Source: Octopus sinensis (Eukaryota). Taken from it: a DNA stretch of 40,388 bases. The stretch's first letter is position 1. The number at the start of each line of letters is the position of its first letter. Positions 12,274-24,459 of this stretch are shown in pieces. The notes beneath the pieces were generated by a model. That model did no database searches. It saw only the letters and a program-made list of their open reading frames with translations, and was not told where the DNA came from. The position numbers were made by a program, and so were the translations under genes. The stretch covers positions 1 through 40,388 of the forward strand of contig NW_021835296.1 in assembly GCF_006345805.1 (NCBI RefSeq), read 5' to 3'.

Positions 12274-12558
12274 TAACAGAATTTTTTAGAAATTTCTATC
12301 GGCTTTTTTCGAAATACGTGCTTATAGTGATAAATTACATGGTTATTGACGTTGTCTATTTTCGGCATATTATGGTATTAGAATTTTTTTCTTTTGCTCT
12401 TACTTATAAATTGTTTATAAATTTAACCTTTAAAGGTATTTTTTAACATGCTGGCCATTGATAGAATTTTTTTCGAAAAATTTTATCCTACATTAGATAT
12501 ATTTTATTTATTTATTATATTGTATATATATATATATATAAAGATAGATAGATAGATT

Positions 12559-12626
<68 letters not shown>

Positions 12627-13283
12627 CACACACACACACACAAACACACACACATATATATCTATATATATATATGAGTCTGAGGGCGCGTGAAGTAGTG
12701 GTCATTGCCCTTACGTTTACGAATTGGTGTGTTCTGTCTCTGTTCCGCTGGCGCTGCACCGTCCTCTCGAGCAAAACATTTCATTCATTGTTCAGCGTTG
12801 TTCAGCGACCACTTTGACATCTAAGCAGTGTCACTCCGTGCACCTGTACAGCTATATAAATATTCAATCAAGACCCAATATGACAGTCGAAAGGAATTTA
12901 ACAGATCAAAGATAGAATATAAATGCACGCCACAACGAAAAACGAGTGTCTATGTTTCAGTGCTATTTACGTGTACGTGGTACGCGTGGCGTAGGGATTT
13001 GGGTGTTGCACTAACGATTTACGTGATCGTGGGTCCAAATGCTACACTGGGCTGGACTGGAGGGTGCGTTGTAATTTTTTCTAGCAAAATACTTCATTTG
13101 ATGTCGCTCTGCCATCACTTTGACATCTGAAGAGTGACACTCCGCGCACCTGTTCAGACGACGTCGATTTGATGAAGGGAGTGAAGCTAGTGTGCAGCTC
13201 AAACACCTGTGCAGGTTGTTCAGCAACAAATTGCAGTAACCTTATACGTCGTCTACGACAAGACGTTCAATTTATACACATTC

Positions 13284-13337
<54 letters not shown>

Positions 13338-13470
13338 TAGTATATATATATATAACACAACACACACACACCACATATATATATATATATATATATATGG
13401 GGTGGGGAATATGTGTGTGTATATATGTATATTTATGGATAAATATATATACATATACATACAATATATA

Positions 13471-13511
<41 letters not shown>

Positions 13512-13642
13512 TGTGTATATATATATATATGTATCTGTGTGTGTACACACCTGTCTTCGGCTCATTTGTCCTTTTGTAAATTCTCACTATATATATATAC
13601 GTATACATACATTTATATATATACGTGTATATATATATACAT

Positions 13643-13675
<33 letters not shown>

Positions 13676-13783
13676 TATATATTATATATAATATAACACA
13701 CACACACTATATATATATATATATATACAGATATATATATATATATACATTGTGTGTATATATATATACACATATATATATGC

Positions 13784-13821
<38 letters not shown>

Positions 13822-13856
13822 CACGTATATATATATGTATGTATACGTATATATAG

Positions 13857-13893
<37 letters not shown>

Positions 13894-14275
13894 TGTATAT
13901 ATTTGTGTGTGTATATAAATATATTATATATATATATATGAATGAGAGAGGGAGGAAGGGACAGAGTGAGGGAAGGTGGGAGGATGAGCTAGTAGTGTTT
14001 TATTTATATGTGACCGTTTAAACGCTGACACCTGAACTTGAAACATATTTTACATAATTTGTAATCGGCCATTAAGTACTTGGGTGGACGGCATCCGTGT
14101 GTGTGTTTGTGTGAGTGTATGTGTGTGTGTGTGTGTGTATGTATGTGTATGTGTGTGTGTGTGTATGCATGTGTATAAATATAGTAAAACGAAAACTTCG
14201 GGAAATACCGAAAATTGACGCTTCTTCCCACGTAGTTCCGTTAGTATGTATTTGCGCGCGTGTGTGACGCACGTA

Positions 14276-14449
14276 TCTAAGACATAACATCACGCTGGAA
14301 ATAGCAACCAAAACTAGCAAAAAAATTACTGGATAATTTTGCTAGTTTATTTTGTCTCCTTGTCTTCTTTCCTGGTGCTGTATGAACATTTAATGTGGTT
14401 TTAGGGTCAAGTTTTGGCTGCTATTTCCAGCGTGGTGGTATCTCTTAGA
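14276..14449. mobile_element. Tc1/mariner-type MITE, 174 bp
   Basis: About 40-bp TIRs TCTAAGACATAACATCACGCTGGAAATAGCAACCAAAACT (4 mismatches), TA on both flanks. Confidence 0.8.
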
Positions 14450-14625
14450 TACTCAAAATTATAATTTTAATAATAATTATTACCTTTGAAGGTTTTTATT
14501 TCCATGCTGGCCACCTGATAAGATCGATATTTAAATATAGATCTTATCCTTATATATATATATATTAAGTTAGACATGGCCTGGACCAATCTGTGATCGA
14601 AACACATCTAAGTTTATATATATAT

Positions 14626-14672
<47 letters not shown>

Positions 14673-14683
14673 TATATAGACGG

Positions 14684-14733
14684 AACTTCTACAGACTAGA
14701 ACTGTTTCATTCAAGAGAAATCTTCAGGAAGCT
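14684..14733 (-). ncRNA. Type I hammerhead ribozyme (left arm of palindrome)
   Basis: AGCUUC-CUGAAGA-UUUC(UCUU)GAAU-GAA-ACAG(UUCUAGU)CUGU-A-GAAGUU. Confidence 0.7.
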
Positions 14734-14746
14734 TCCTGAAGCTTCA

Positions 14747-14801
14747 GGAGCTTCCTGAAGATTTCTCTTGAATGAAACAGTTCTAGTCCTGTAGAAGCTC
14801 C
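14747..14801 (+). ncRNA. Type I hammerhead ribozyme (right arm of palindrome)
   Basis: GGAGCUUC-CUGAAGA-UUUC(UCUU)GAAU-GAA-ACAG(UUCUAGUC)CUGU-A(14793)-GAAGCUCC: perfect 8-bp stem I, 4-bp stem III, GUA triplet. Stem II is only 3 bp and is closed by U-U. Confidence 0.75.
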
Positions 14802-14882
14802 TTCTATATAATAAATTAATTTTACTCTGCTATGTATTGAGTACCTTATTTACTGTGGTTAACCCCGAATCAACCCGGGACC

Positions 14883-14919
<37 letters not shown>

Positions 14920-15035
14920 TAATATAGTATATATACACGATATTTTTATATGAATAATATATAGTCTATTGACTAATTTTGTTTTTGTGCTATGCCACTG
15001 GTAATAATAATTTCTGTAATTCTTATTACCCTAAT

Positions 15036-15070
<35 letters not shown>

Positions 15071-15828
15071 TTTATATTTATGTGGGGTGAGTGAGTGTGT
15101 GTGTATGAGAATGTGTATTTGTACCTATGTATTTATATATGTATATATGTTAACGTGCGTATATGTATGTATATGTGTGCGTGCATTTGCGTGCTTGTGT
15201 GTATGTGTGCGTGTATGCTTGCATACATGAATGCGGATGTGTGTGTGTCTGTTTGTCACTCTACACGTAAGTATGTATAGGTAAAATATAACTTTAAAGG
15301 AAGCCAAACTAAACAGAACGACACACATGTTGCTATATAAAGTGGAATATTTCCTCCAACTCGACTCAGGAATAACAAATATATTGCCAGGATATTCAGG
15401 TAAATTAGCAGAAAATTAACGAAAAGAGAAAACTAACAAGTAAAACTGTAAAAGAAGAGTTTACAGGTGTGCTGGTAATTGAGGTGAAGGGCGTTAATTA
15501 GAGGAAGGGGATGGTAATTGGTGTGAGGGCAATGACACACTGTAATGTGGTGAGGTGTGCTGAGTCGAGTGAGTGTATACGTTTGTGTAAGTGTGCATGC
15601 GCGCGCAGGCGTATGTGTGTATTTGACGGCTTCTGCATGTAGAGCCTGCTTCACTCGCTGTATCTCTCTCTGTCTCTATCTCTATCTCTGTCTTTCTCTC
15701 TCTCTCTCTTTATCGGTCTCTTTCTCCCTCTCCCTGTTTTCTCTCTCTGTCTGTCTGTCTGTCTCTGTCTTTCTCTGTTTCTCGAAGAACAAACAAGAAC
15801 ACAACACGAGGACGTGGTATATGTAAAG

Positions 15829-15862
<34 letters not shown>

Positions 15863-15902
15863 CGTAAAGTATATATATATATATATATTTATATACGTAA
15901 AG

Positions 15903-15946
<44 letters not shown>

Positions 15947-16089
15947 TATATACGTATATATATACGCACATATATATATATATGTATAATATACATTTAT
16001 ATATACACACATATATATGTGTATATATATACATATATACATATATAATATATGCATATATATAATATATATATATATATACATACATA

Positions 16090-16139
<50 letters not shown>

Positions 16140-16295
16140 AGAGAAATATATATATACATATACACCCTTGCTTTTCTAGAGGCCGTTTGTTTTACATCAC
16201 CTCCCTTTCATTTTGTTGCTTCTATTCTTGAGTCTGTATGGTCTCTCAGTCTCTGTTTTCCCATATATATATATATATACATAGAATATATATAC

Positions 16296-16331
<36 letters not shown>

Positions 16332-16709
16332 CATATTAAATATATATACTTATATATATATATATATATATATACATACATACATATAAATATATATATC
16401 GGTGCCCCAGCATGGCACAGCTTGTGAGCTGAAACTAGATAAAGTTAAAATATTTTTTTTAATATTATATATATATATACATACATATATAAATAATATA
16501 CATATGTATTATATACATATACGTATATATATTGTATATGTGTGTGCGTATAACTCTCTCTCTCTCTCTCTCTCTCTGTCCATACTCTGTCTTTCTACCT
16601 CTACGTCCACTTATAACTCCTTCTCCTCAACTCTATCTTCATCTTCTTTCTATATCCATCCTTCTTTTTTTCTTGCTCTGACTTCCCCCACCAACGTGGA
16701 CATCATCAA

Positions 16710-16741
<32 letters not shown>

Positions 16742-17617
16742 GCACTTTCACTATCTCTCTCTGTCTCACAGTCTCTTTCTTTATCTCTCTCCTTTCCTCT
16801 CTCTGTTTTTTCTTTGTCTTTCTCTCTCTCTCTCTGTCTTTGTATATCTCTCCTCTCTTTTCCGTTTTTCTTTTTCCTCACTATCATCCTTCCTCTCTGT
16901 TCTGTCTTTCTTCTTTCGTCCCAATATCTCTGTCTATGTCTCTGTCTACCTCTCTGTCTGTCTCTCCCCCCTCTCTCTCTCCCTCTCTTTCACTCATGCA
17001 CACACACACACATGCACACACACACTCACTCAAAGACATGCCTATAAACGCAACTACAGTCTCATGCAGCCATGCACATACATACACACGTAAACCACAC
17101 ACAAACACACACACACACACGACGCGCGCGCACAGGCACACACATAGACACACACAGAGACATATCATATCATATATACATACATACATACATACATACA
17201 TACATACATTCATACATACTTACATACTCAGAGACACATAGAGCCATATCATACATACACATACATATCACACACACACAGATAGACACACACACACAGA
17301 CATATAGAAAGAGAGGCATGTCTGTCAACGCAAATACATTCTCACGTAGCCTTACACATACACACACGCACACACATTTCACACACAAATACACACACAC
17401 GCAGAGGCATTCCCGTAAACACAAATAAATTCTTACGCCGACATACATATACACACACTCTACTTACATATACTTATACCAAGGCAGCGAAGGACAACTC
17501 TCGACGTGCGATGAAGCCATACATATACACACATACACTCATAGAAAGCCGACACACTAATACAAACGGACTGACGGTTAAGATTTAAACCTGGAGCGAG
17601 ACACCTTCTCTGCCATT

Positions 17618-17751
17618 ATGCTTTTCTTCTATCTCTTGTCATTGGCTGTGGACAGTGTTTCTGCTATCAACCGACATTACTATTTGGCAGCGACAGAGGT
17701 GGATTGGGACTACGCTCCACTTGGATACGATGTGACGGCAACTAACGCCAC
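17618..17751 (+). CDS. Hephaestin/ceruloplasmin-like multicopper ferroxidase, coding exon 1 (signal peptide + start of cupredoxin domain 1)
   Basis: ATG at 17618 with in-frame TAA upstream at 17579. Translates MLFFYLLSLAVDSVSA-INRHYYLAATEVDWDYAPLGYDVTATNA(T): a hydrophobic leader, then the ceruloplasmin/hephaestin-type N-terminal motif RxYYxxxxExxWDYAP. Donor AC|GTAAGT, phase 2. Not in the ORF track. Confidence 0.92.
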
Positions 17752-18088
17752 GTAAGTTCCATGATTCGAACTTGTAAACTCATCTCTAGCTTACCTACGA
17801 CATATATATATAATTTTCTATATTTTGTATCGGGATTCTAGAAGCCGTAGTGTCACGAATTAAGATTTCAACGAGAGACAGTCGATGTTTCAGAAACATT
17901 ACTGACATTGAAAATGGCAAGGGTATATCTGTAAGCCGATGCGGAACAAATATCGTAAGGGACATTGTTATAGAGTTAATATCTTTGCTGTTACACTTTC
18001 CGATCTTCAATTCCTTCATTTGCGCACATATACAGACAAACACATATGCGCGCGCGCACACACCACACGCAAGTATGTTTGTATATAT

Positions 18089-18160
<72 letters not shown>

Positions 18161-18161
18161 T

Positions 18162-18213
<52 letters not shown>

Positions 18214-18473
18214 TATCATTATATATGCATAAATGCGTGTTTTGTGTATGTAATTCTTAAAAAATCTGTGGAGCACGGGATATTGAAGCACATTAAGTCA
18301 TATGTTATAGCATTAAAATATCGAGTTAAAAATCTCTCATTTTATACCCACCTATATACCAGCATTAATTCTTAGTTTCTAAACACACGCCTTTACCATT
18401 CCGTTATTATCATTATCTTGTAATTTGCTAATTATTATTTCCCTAGCTCTCTCACGCATGTCCCGTGCTTCTA

Positions 18474-18509
18474 TTTTCTGGTGAAAGATTAAGATCCGAA
18501 ACGTCAAAA
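18474..18509 (+). ncRNA. Degenerate minimal hammerhead-like motif (A6G) in intron 1
   Basis: UUUU-CUGGUGA-A-AGAU(UAAG)AUCC-GAAAC-GUC-AAAA. Confidence 0.45.
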
Positions 18510-18658
18510 CGCTATATTCCAACTAACAAGCGCATTAAACTAAAACCACATGTGTTTAAGTTTGTTTCTACTGTGCTGTTCATTCTATACTCATTACTCT
18601 TCCGCTATATATATACAAGTACATATATATATCTATTCATTTACTCATATACATATAC

Positions 18659-18707
<49 letters not shown>

Positions 18708-18991
18708 TGTGTGTGTGTGTGTGTGAGTGCAGGCATGTTGGTGCAAACTAGAAAAGAATAACTCAAAAGATGACTATATATATATATTTATTAATATGTA
18801 GCAGAAGTAATAGAGTGACTCAAGATCTGAGAGTTTCGGGCGTTGGCACAAGTACATATCCATGTATGTATATGTAAATGCATACATACACAAAAATGTG
18901 CATGTGTACCTATGTGCACGCGTGTGTGCGCGTGTGTGTAAGTATATGTGCATGTTCGATGTCCGTTAATTGTTTGATCTCTTAATTTCAG

Positions 18992-19236
18992 GGATGCGGG
19001 AATATTTTTAAAACATGGCACAAACCGTATAGGGCACATTTACAAGAAAGCTATTTATAAAGAATACACAGATGATACGTTTTCCGTGGAACGAACCAAA
19101 CCAGGCTGGCTTGGAATTGTGGGGCCGATTCTTCATGGAGAACTTGGAGATACTATTTATGTTCATTTCTGGAACCGAGCCAGACGCCATTATTCTGTCC
19201 ACCCTCACGGTATACGATATACCAAAGGGAATGAAG
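18992..19236 (+). CDS. Hephaestin/ceruloplasmin-like ferroxidase, exon 2
   Basis: Acceptor TTTCAG|G, donor GAAG|GTAAGA, 245 nt. DAGIFLKHGTNRIGHIYKKAIYKEYTDDTFSVERTKPGWLGIVGPILHGELGDTIYVHFWNRARRHYSVHPHGIRYTKGNEG: YKKAxY-EYTD, WLG-GP and HPHG (T2/T3 Cu ligands) motifs. Confidence 0.96.
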
Positions 19237-20423
19237 GTAAGAATGTGAACACACATACACACACACACATACACATATCCTTTTATTCTTGTTCAGTCAT
19301 TTGACAGCGGTCATGCTTGAGCACCGCCTTTAACGAACAAATCGACCCCAGGACTTATTCTTTGTAAGCGATGTTGGGGGGACAAACACACACACACACA
19401 CATATCCTTTTATTCTTGTTCAGGCATTTGACAGCGGCCATGCTGGAGCACCGCCTTTAGTCGAACAAATCGACCCCAGGAATTATTCTTTGTAAGCGAT
19501 GTTGGGGGGGGGGGCAAACACACACACACACACACATTTGTATATACAAGCTTCTTTCATTTTCCGTCTACCAAATCCACTCACGAGATTTTGGTCGGCC
19601 CGATTTATTTTCATCTGCATACCTGCATGTGACATTGCCTATCATGCATTCATCGCCATAGGACTTTATAAAATGCAAAATGGATCAAGAAATGAAATGA
19701 AATGATCGTGAAATATCTGTTCGTCATTGGATTCATGCGTCAAAAACTTCTACAACACTTTTGCTACCCTCTCGGTTGCCACAGAAGATTTCAGAGATAA
19801 CTAGTAATATTCTCTTTGAAGAACAGCTTTCCCCAAATCTATTTCCCCAAGTGAAGGGAGCTTTCTCTGCTACTGGGAAATTTCTTTAACCCATGGAAGG
19901 CATCCTGACTACTCCTACCGTTATTAGTCACAATGGACATGGGAATAATGATTGTTAAGGGATGTCTCAATGCTCCCAACAAATTCTGAACTTCGTACTG
20001 GGGTCTCATTTAACTTTTTTCCCTTCCCAACCCTGGTTACGGACCGTATATTTTTCAGTGTCCCATAACATACAGTCATAAACGGTGCCTTTTCTTGTCA
20101 CTAACAAGAGAAAACTGATAATACTTTAAATCACTTCTTGTTTTTGTTCAGTTTTGACAATCTCATATGTTAAGTTGAAGGAAAATATGTCAGGCGGTGA
20201 GCCGGCAGAATCGTTAGCATGCCGGGATTGCTGCCGTTATGTATGTGTGTCATTATTCGGTTTATTTCAATATTTCTTGCCCATAAAGAAAGAACTGGTT
20301 TCTAACCTAGATCGAAGGCTCCTTCATTGGAATTTCAGTAACATCAACAACAGGGTATTTTTGTTTGTATGTAAGTATGTATGTATGTATATATGTATGT
20401 ATGTATGTATGCATGCATGTATG

Positions 20424-20457
<34 letters not shown>

Positions 20458-20462
20458 TGTAT

Positions 20463-20725
20463 GTGCAGGTTTGTATATTTTATGTATGTATTCTCATGCA
20501 TATAGTTGCATATCTAGACATGCTCATATATATTTAATTGATAAACTTCTGGAAAGTTTTACAGATTTTTACAGTTCCAGTGACGGATTGAATCTGTAGT
20601 CTTCGAATTAGCTTTCTCCTTTCTGCTTTTGAGAAGCCTAATTTCTCAAGATTGGTATTTAGGCAGTGTGTTACATATCCCAGAGTCCCAATAATTACAG
20701 ATATAAACCTGAACTTGTAATCTGG
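20463..20725 (-). mobile_element. 3' end of an RLE-type (R4/Dong-like) non-LTR retrotransposon embedded in (TACA)n
   Basis: YPDYKFRFISVIIGTLGYVTHCLNTNLEKLGF..LQIQSVTGTVKICKTF* resembles the PxxIGxLG...LQxxxxxGT C-terminus of R4-like elements. About 70-nt 3' UTR; (TATG)n on both sides. Confidence 0.6.
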
Positions 20726-21508
20726 ATATGTATGTATGTATTCAAGGCGAGCTAGCAGAATTGTAAGCACTCCGGTCAAAATGCTTAGAGGCATTTCGTC
20801 CGTCTTTACGTTCTGATTTGAAATTCCGCTGAGGTCGACCATGTTTTTCGTAGCCTTGTTCCAGTAAGTATAAATGAACCCTGCCAAAATTTGAAAAGTG
20901 CGGTGAGCTGACAGAATTGTTATAATTTCGGACGTAAAATTTCTTAGCAGCGTATTTCATGGTTCTGAAATTCCGAATTCAGATCTAGCCGATGTCAACT
21001 TCTAGTGGGAAGGGCTGGTCGTTATTTTCTGGGGGGTTTTTTGTGGTTTTTTTTTTTTTTTTTTTTGGCTACGAAGGTTGAAAGGCAAAGTCAAACTCGG
21101 TAGGATTTGAACTCAGAACGAAGACTGACGAAATGCGTCTAAACACTTCTCAGAAACTCCAACAGTTCTGCTATCCCGACTTATTAGAGAATTGTATCGA
21201 GTATTAATGCTTTAAAAGTTTGGCACAAGGCTAGCGTTTCCTTTTTCTCCCTTTTGTCGGTAAAATAAAGTAGTGGGATCGATGTAATTGACAAACGCTT
21301 CCCCGTAAACTTTAAGGAAGTGTTCCAATAGTTGAAAGAAGTATCATCATCATCATCATCATCATCGTCATCATCATTATTATTATTATCATGTTTAAAA
21401 AGATTGATAGAATAAGTACAAGGCTTACAAAGAATAATTCCTGGGGTCGATTTCATCGTTTCCAAGAAGGTGCTCCAGCGTGGTCGCGGTCAAATAATAG
21501 AAACAAGT

Positions 21509-21990
21509 AAAAGCTTAAAAGAGCATCTGCTACGACATGTGAGCCAACCTGATGCTGCCATTTCCATCAACCATATCAGTGACACGAAGTGAGAAGACAT
21601 AATATATTTCCTACCTTCAAAACCTACAATCTCTACCTCTCTCTCCAACTTCTGGTCAGTTATTTTTCGGCCATATAACGAAAACGAGTGTGTAAACAAC
21701 AAACAGATGTTATTAGTTTAACGCTCGGAAGTGAGAAAGTCTTTTACGTTTCGAGCCTACGCTCTTTGACAGAAAGGAACACAAAAATAAACAGGGAGAG
21801 AAAATAGAAAAAGGTTTAGTGGCTAACGATCTATCATGGAGAGAGAAGTAGAGATTGTGGTTTTTGAAGGTAGGAGAGATGGAGGAAATATATTATGTCT
21901 CCTCATTTCGTGTCATTGATATGGTTGAAGGAAAAGCAGCATCAGGTTGGCTCTGATGTTGTAGCAGATACTCTTTTAAGCTTTTATATA
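21509..21990. repeat. Fold-back: ~140-bp inverted arms around a pLTR-like unit
   Basis: 21509-21646 versus 21836-21990 (right arm has a short insertion). Confidence 0.85.
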
Positions 21991-22007
21991 TCTTTCTTTT
22001 ATTCATT

Positions 22008-22167
22008 TATTTGTTTCAGTCATTTGACTGCGGCCATTGACAAATCGACCCCAGTACTTCTTCTTTGTAAGCCTAGTACTTATTCTAAGTTACGGGGACG
22101 TAAACATACCAACTTCGGTTGTCAAGCGATGGTGGGGGGACAAACACAGAGACACAAACCCACACAC

Positions 22168-22203
<36 letters not shown>

Positions 22204-22357
22204 GACGAGCTTCTTTCCGTTTCCGTCTAGCAAATCCACTCACAAGACTTTGCTCGGCCTATAGTTGAAGTCACTTGTCCAAGTTTCCACGCAGTGGGAC
22301 TGAACCCGGAGCCATGTGGTTGTTAAGCAAGCTACTTACCACACAGCCACTCCTGCG
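22008..22357 (-). mobile_element. SINE family A copy
   Basis: Reverse complement of the 10936-11312 and 35496-35899 copies, with an internal microsatellite. Confidence 0.85.
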
Positions 22358-22417
22358 ACTATATATTATATATATATATATATTTGGATTAACTATATAT
22401 ATATATATGTATATATA

Positions 22418-22606
22418 TAGGGAGAGTTTACGAAAAAAACAAAAGACGAAGACAGGTGGTGTACAAAACAAACGGATGTATTAGTATAACGCTCAGGAAT
22501 AGAAAAAGTCTTTTACGTTTAGAGCATATGCTCTTCTACAGAAAGGGACACAGAAAAAAACAAGGAGAGAAAAAAATGTGTATAGTGGCTAACGATCTAT
22601 CATGGC
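22418..22606 (-). mobile_element. Penelope-pLTR-like repeat family with CUGU(A/C)GA hammerhead-like motif
   Basis: Shared ~190-bp unit also at ~21690-21838 (-), 28167-28352 (-), 38464-38652 (+), plus a fragment at 13545-13590. The larger copies carry CUUU/UUUU-CUGUNRA-A-G(A/U)GC..GCUC-(G/U)AAAC-GUA-AAA. Confidence 0.65.
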
Positions 22607-24000
22607 AACATATATATATATATACATATGTGTGTGTGTGTGTGTGCTTGTGTGTTTTTCCCGGACTGTTCCCTCCTCCTTTATCTCTTCTGTGGACTTT
22701 TTCTTCTTTCCTACGAAGAGCCAATGCTCGAAACGTCAGTTCCACTCCTATTTTTCCATCTAAATATTTCGTTGAGCGTCAATCTAATTAATATATGGAC
22801 TGGCTATGTATGTCTAATCCTCTTTCGTTGTTTTTTTCGTTTCGTTTTTTTTTAAATTTTCAATTTACATAACATACATGCATGGGTAACACAGGCAGTA
22901 ACAACAACGACTACGATAACTACAATCCGCCAACGCCAACCCCCTTTTCTCTGCGGCACCAGAACGTAACATAATCGCAACAGCAGTGTTACCCTGGTTA
23001 CAGAAGGTAGCCTCAAATATATTGTTGATTTTTCATAAAATCTGAAAAGAGGTTTCTTCAGGCTTGAGTCCTGGAGATGAACTTTACAGGTGTAGATATA
23101 TCGGCAACAATGACTGATGAAGTGTTAGTGAGCAGGCGTTGGGATAACAGAGATGCTTCGGGGTATCAGCTGTCGAAAAGGAATGCCTGGCAGTGGATTT
23201 AATTAGGGTCTTTGTGTTCACATTGCTGTGAGATTAATTCTGCTTGGAATATATCCAGTGTCGAAGACATGATATATACAAAGGAAATGGTGCAATTCAT
23301 ATATATTGGTACAAAATATTCTATGCCTACACATGCACACACACATATACGCACACACACAAATACATACACATACACGCATATATATATACATATATAC
23401 ATTATACATACACGAATACATACACATACACGCATATATACACATATATATACATTATACATACACAAATACATACACATACACGCATATATATACACAC
23501 ACAGCGGGTGCATACAGACACGCACATGCTCACTTACTCACACAGTCACACGCACAAACGCAAACGCGTTGACACATATGTGCAATATAGACAGACGGTG
23601 CTCGCACAAACACGCACACACAATCATACAAACACACACACAAACACACATGCACACAGACATACACACATACACGGAGAGAAACACACACGCAACACAC
23701 ACATGCACATACCCAAACGCACACGCAAACAAGCACACACGTGCGAGTGAACACACCTACACACACACGCGCTTACTCATGCTCACAAACACATACACCT
23801 ACACACGCATGCATGCACAAACACACACATACACACGAACATTTCCATACACATACATTCACAAACACAAATGCACACACATATACAACACACATAATAC
23901 ACGCATGGCGCTCACACACGCACACACGCGCACACATACATATACGCACACGCCAACACACGCACACACAGACGCACTCTTATATTTACAGTTACGCACA

Positions 24001-24127
24001 CATATTCCTACACACACACACACACACATATTCCTACTCACACACAAACATATTCCTACACACACACACACACACATATTCCTACTCACACACAAACATA
24101 TTCCTACACACACACACACACACACAC
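24001..24127. repeat. Higher-order minisatellite (26+22-bp alternating units)
   Basis: CATATTCCTAC anchors at 24001, 24027, 24049, 24075, 24097. Confidence 0.85.
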
Positions 24128-24344
24128 ATAATTAATAACTTGAAAAGTATAGAACGATAGCGTAGGAAAACCGTCAGCAAAATCCCCGCTCCGTCCATCT
24201 TCGTTAGTCATACCACATATCCCGACAGTTCTATACCTTGATGTTGCTCTTACCGCCCTCTTCATGGTCCCCATATACCTCACGCCCAGCAACAACAATA
24301 TTCGGCGTCTTTAGTGTGGCCGATACAAGAGTTTACAGTCGACA

Positions 24345-24388
<44 letters not shown>

Positions 24389-24420
24389 TATCGTCATCGT
24401 CATCGTCATCGTCATCGTCG

Positions 24421-24459
<39 letters not shown>

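Larger units (their letters stand above)
14668..14815. repeat. Near-perfect palindrome (two hammerheads head-to-head), left end abutting (TA)n
   Basis: About 65-bp arms with 2 substitutions and 1 indel in the outer part; centre of alternating CTTCAGGAAG/CTTCCTGAAG units. Confidence 0.92.

Noticed and set aside
17645-17665. CAGUGU loop in exon 1 as an iron-responsive element
   Set aside because: It lies in the coding region, lacks the bulged C five bases upstream and does not form a 5-bp upper stem.
24104-24345. Unique island with ORF containing TNEDGR (faintly HIUase/transthyretin-like)
   Set aside because: Only a 6-residue resemblance, no supporting splice sites or other motifs.
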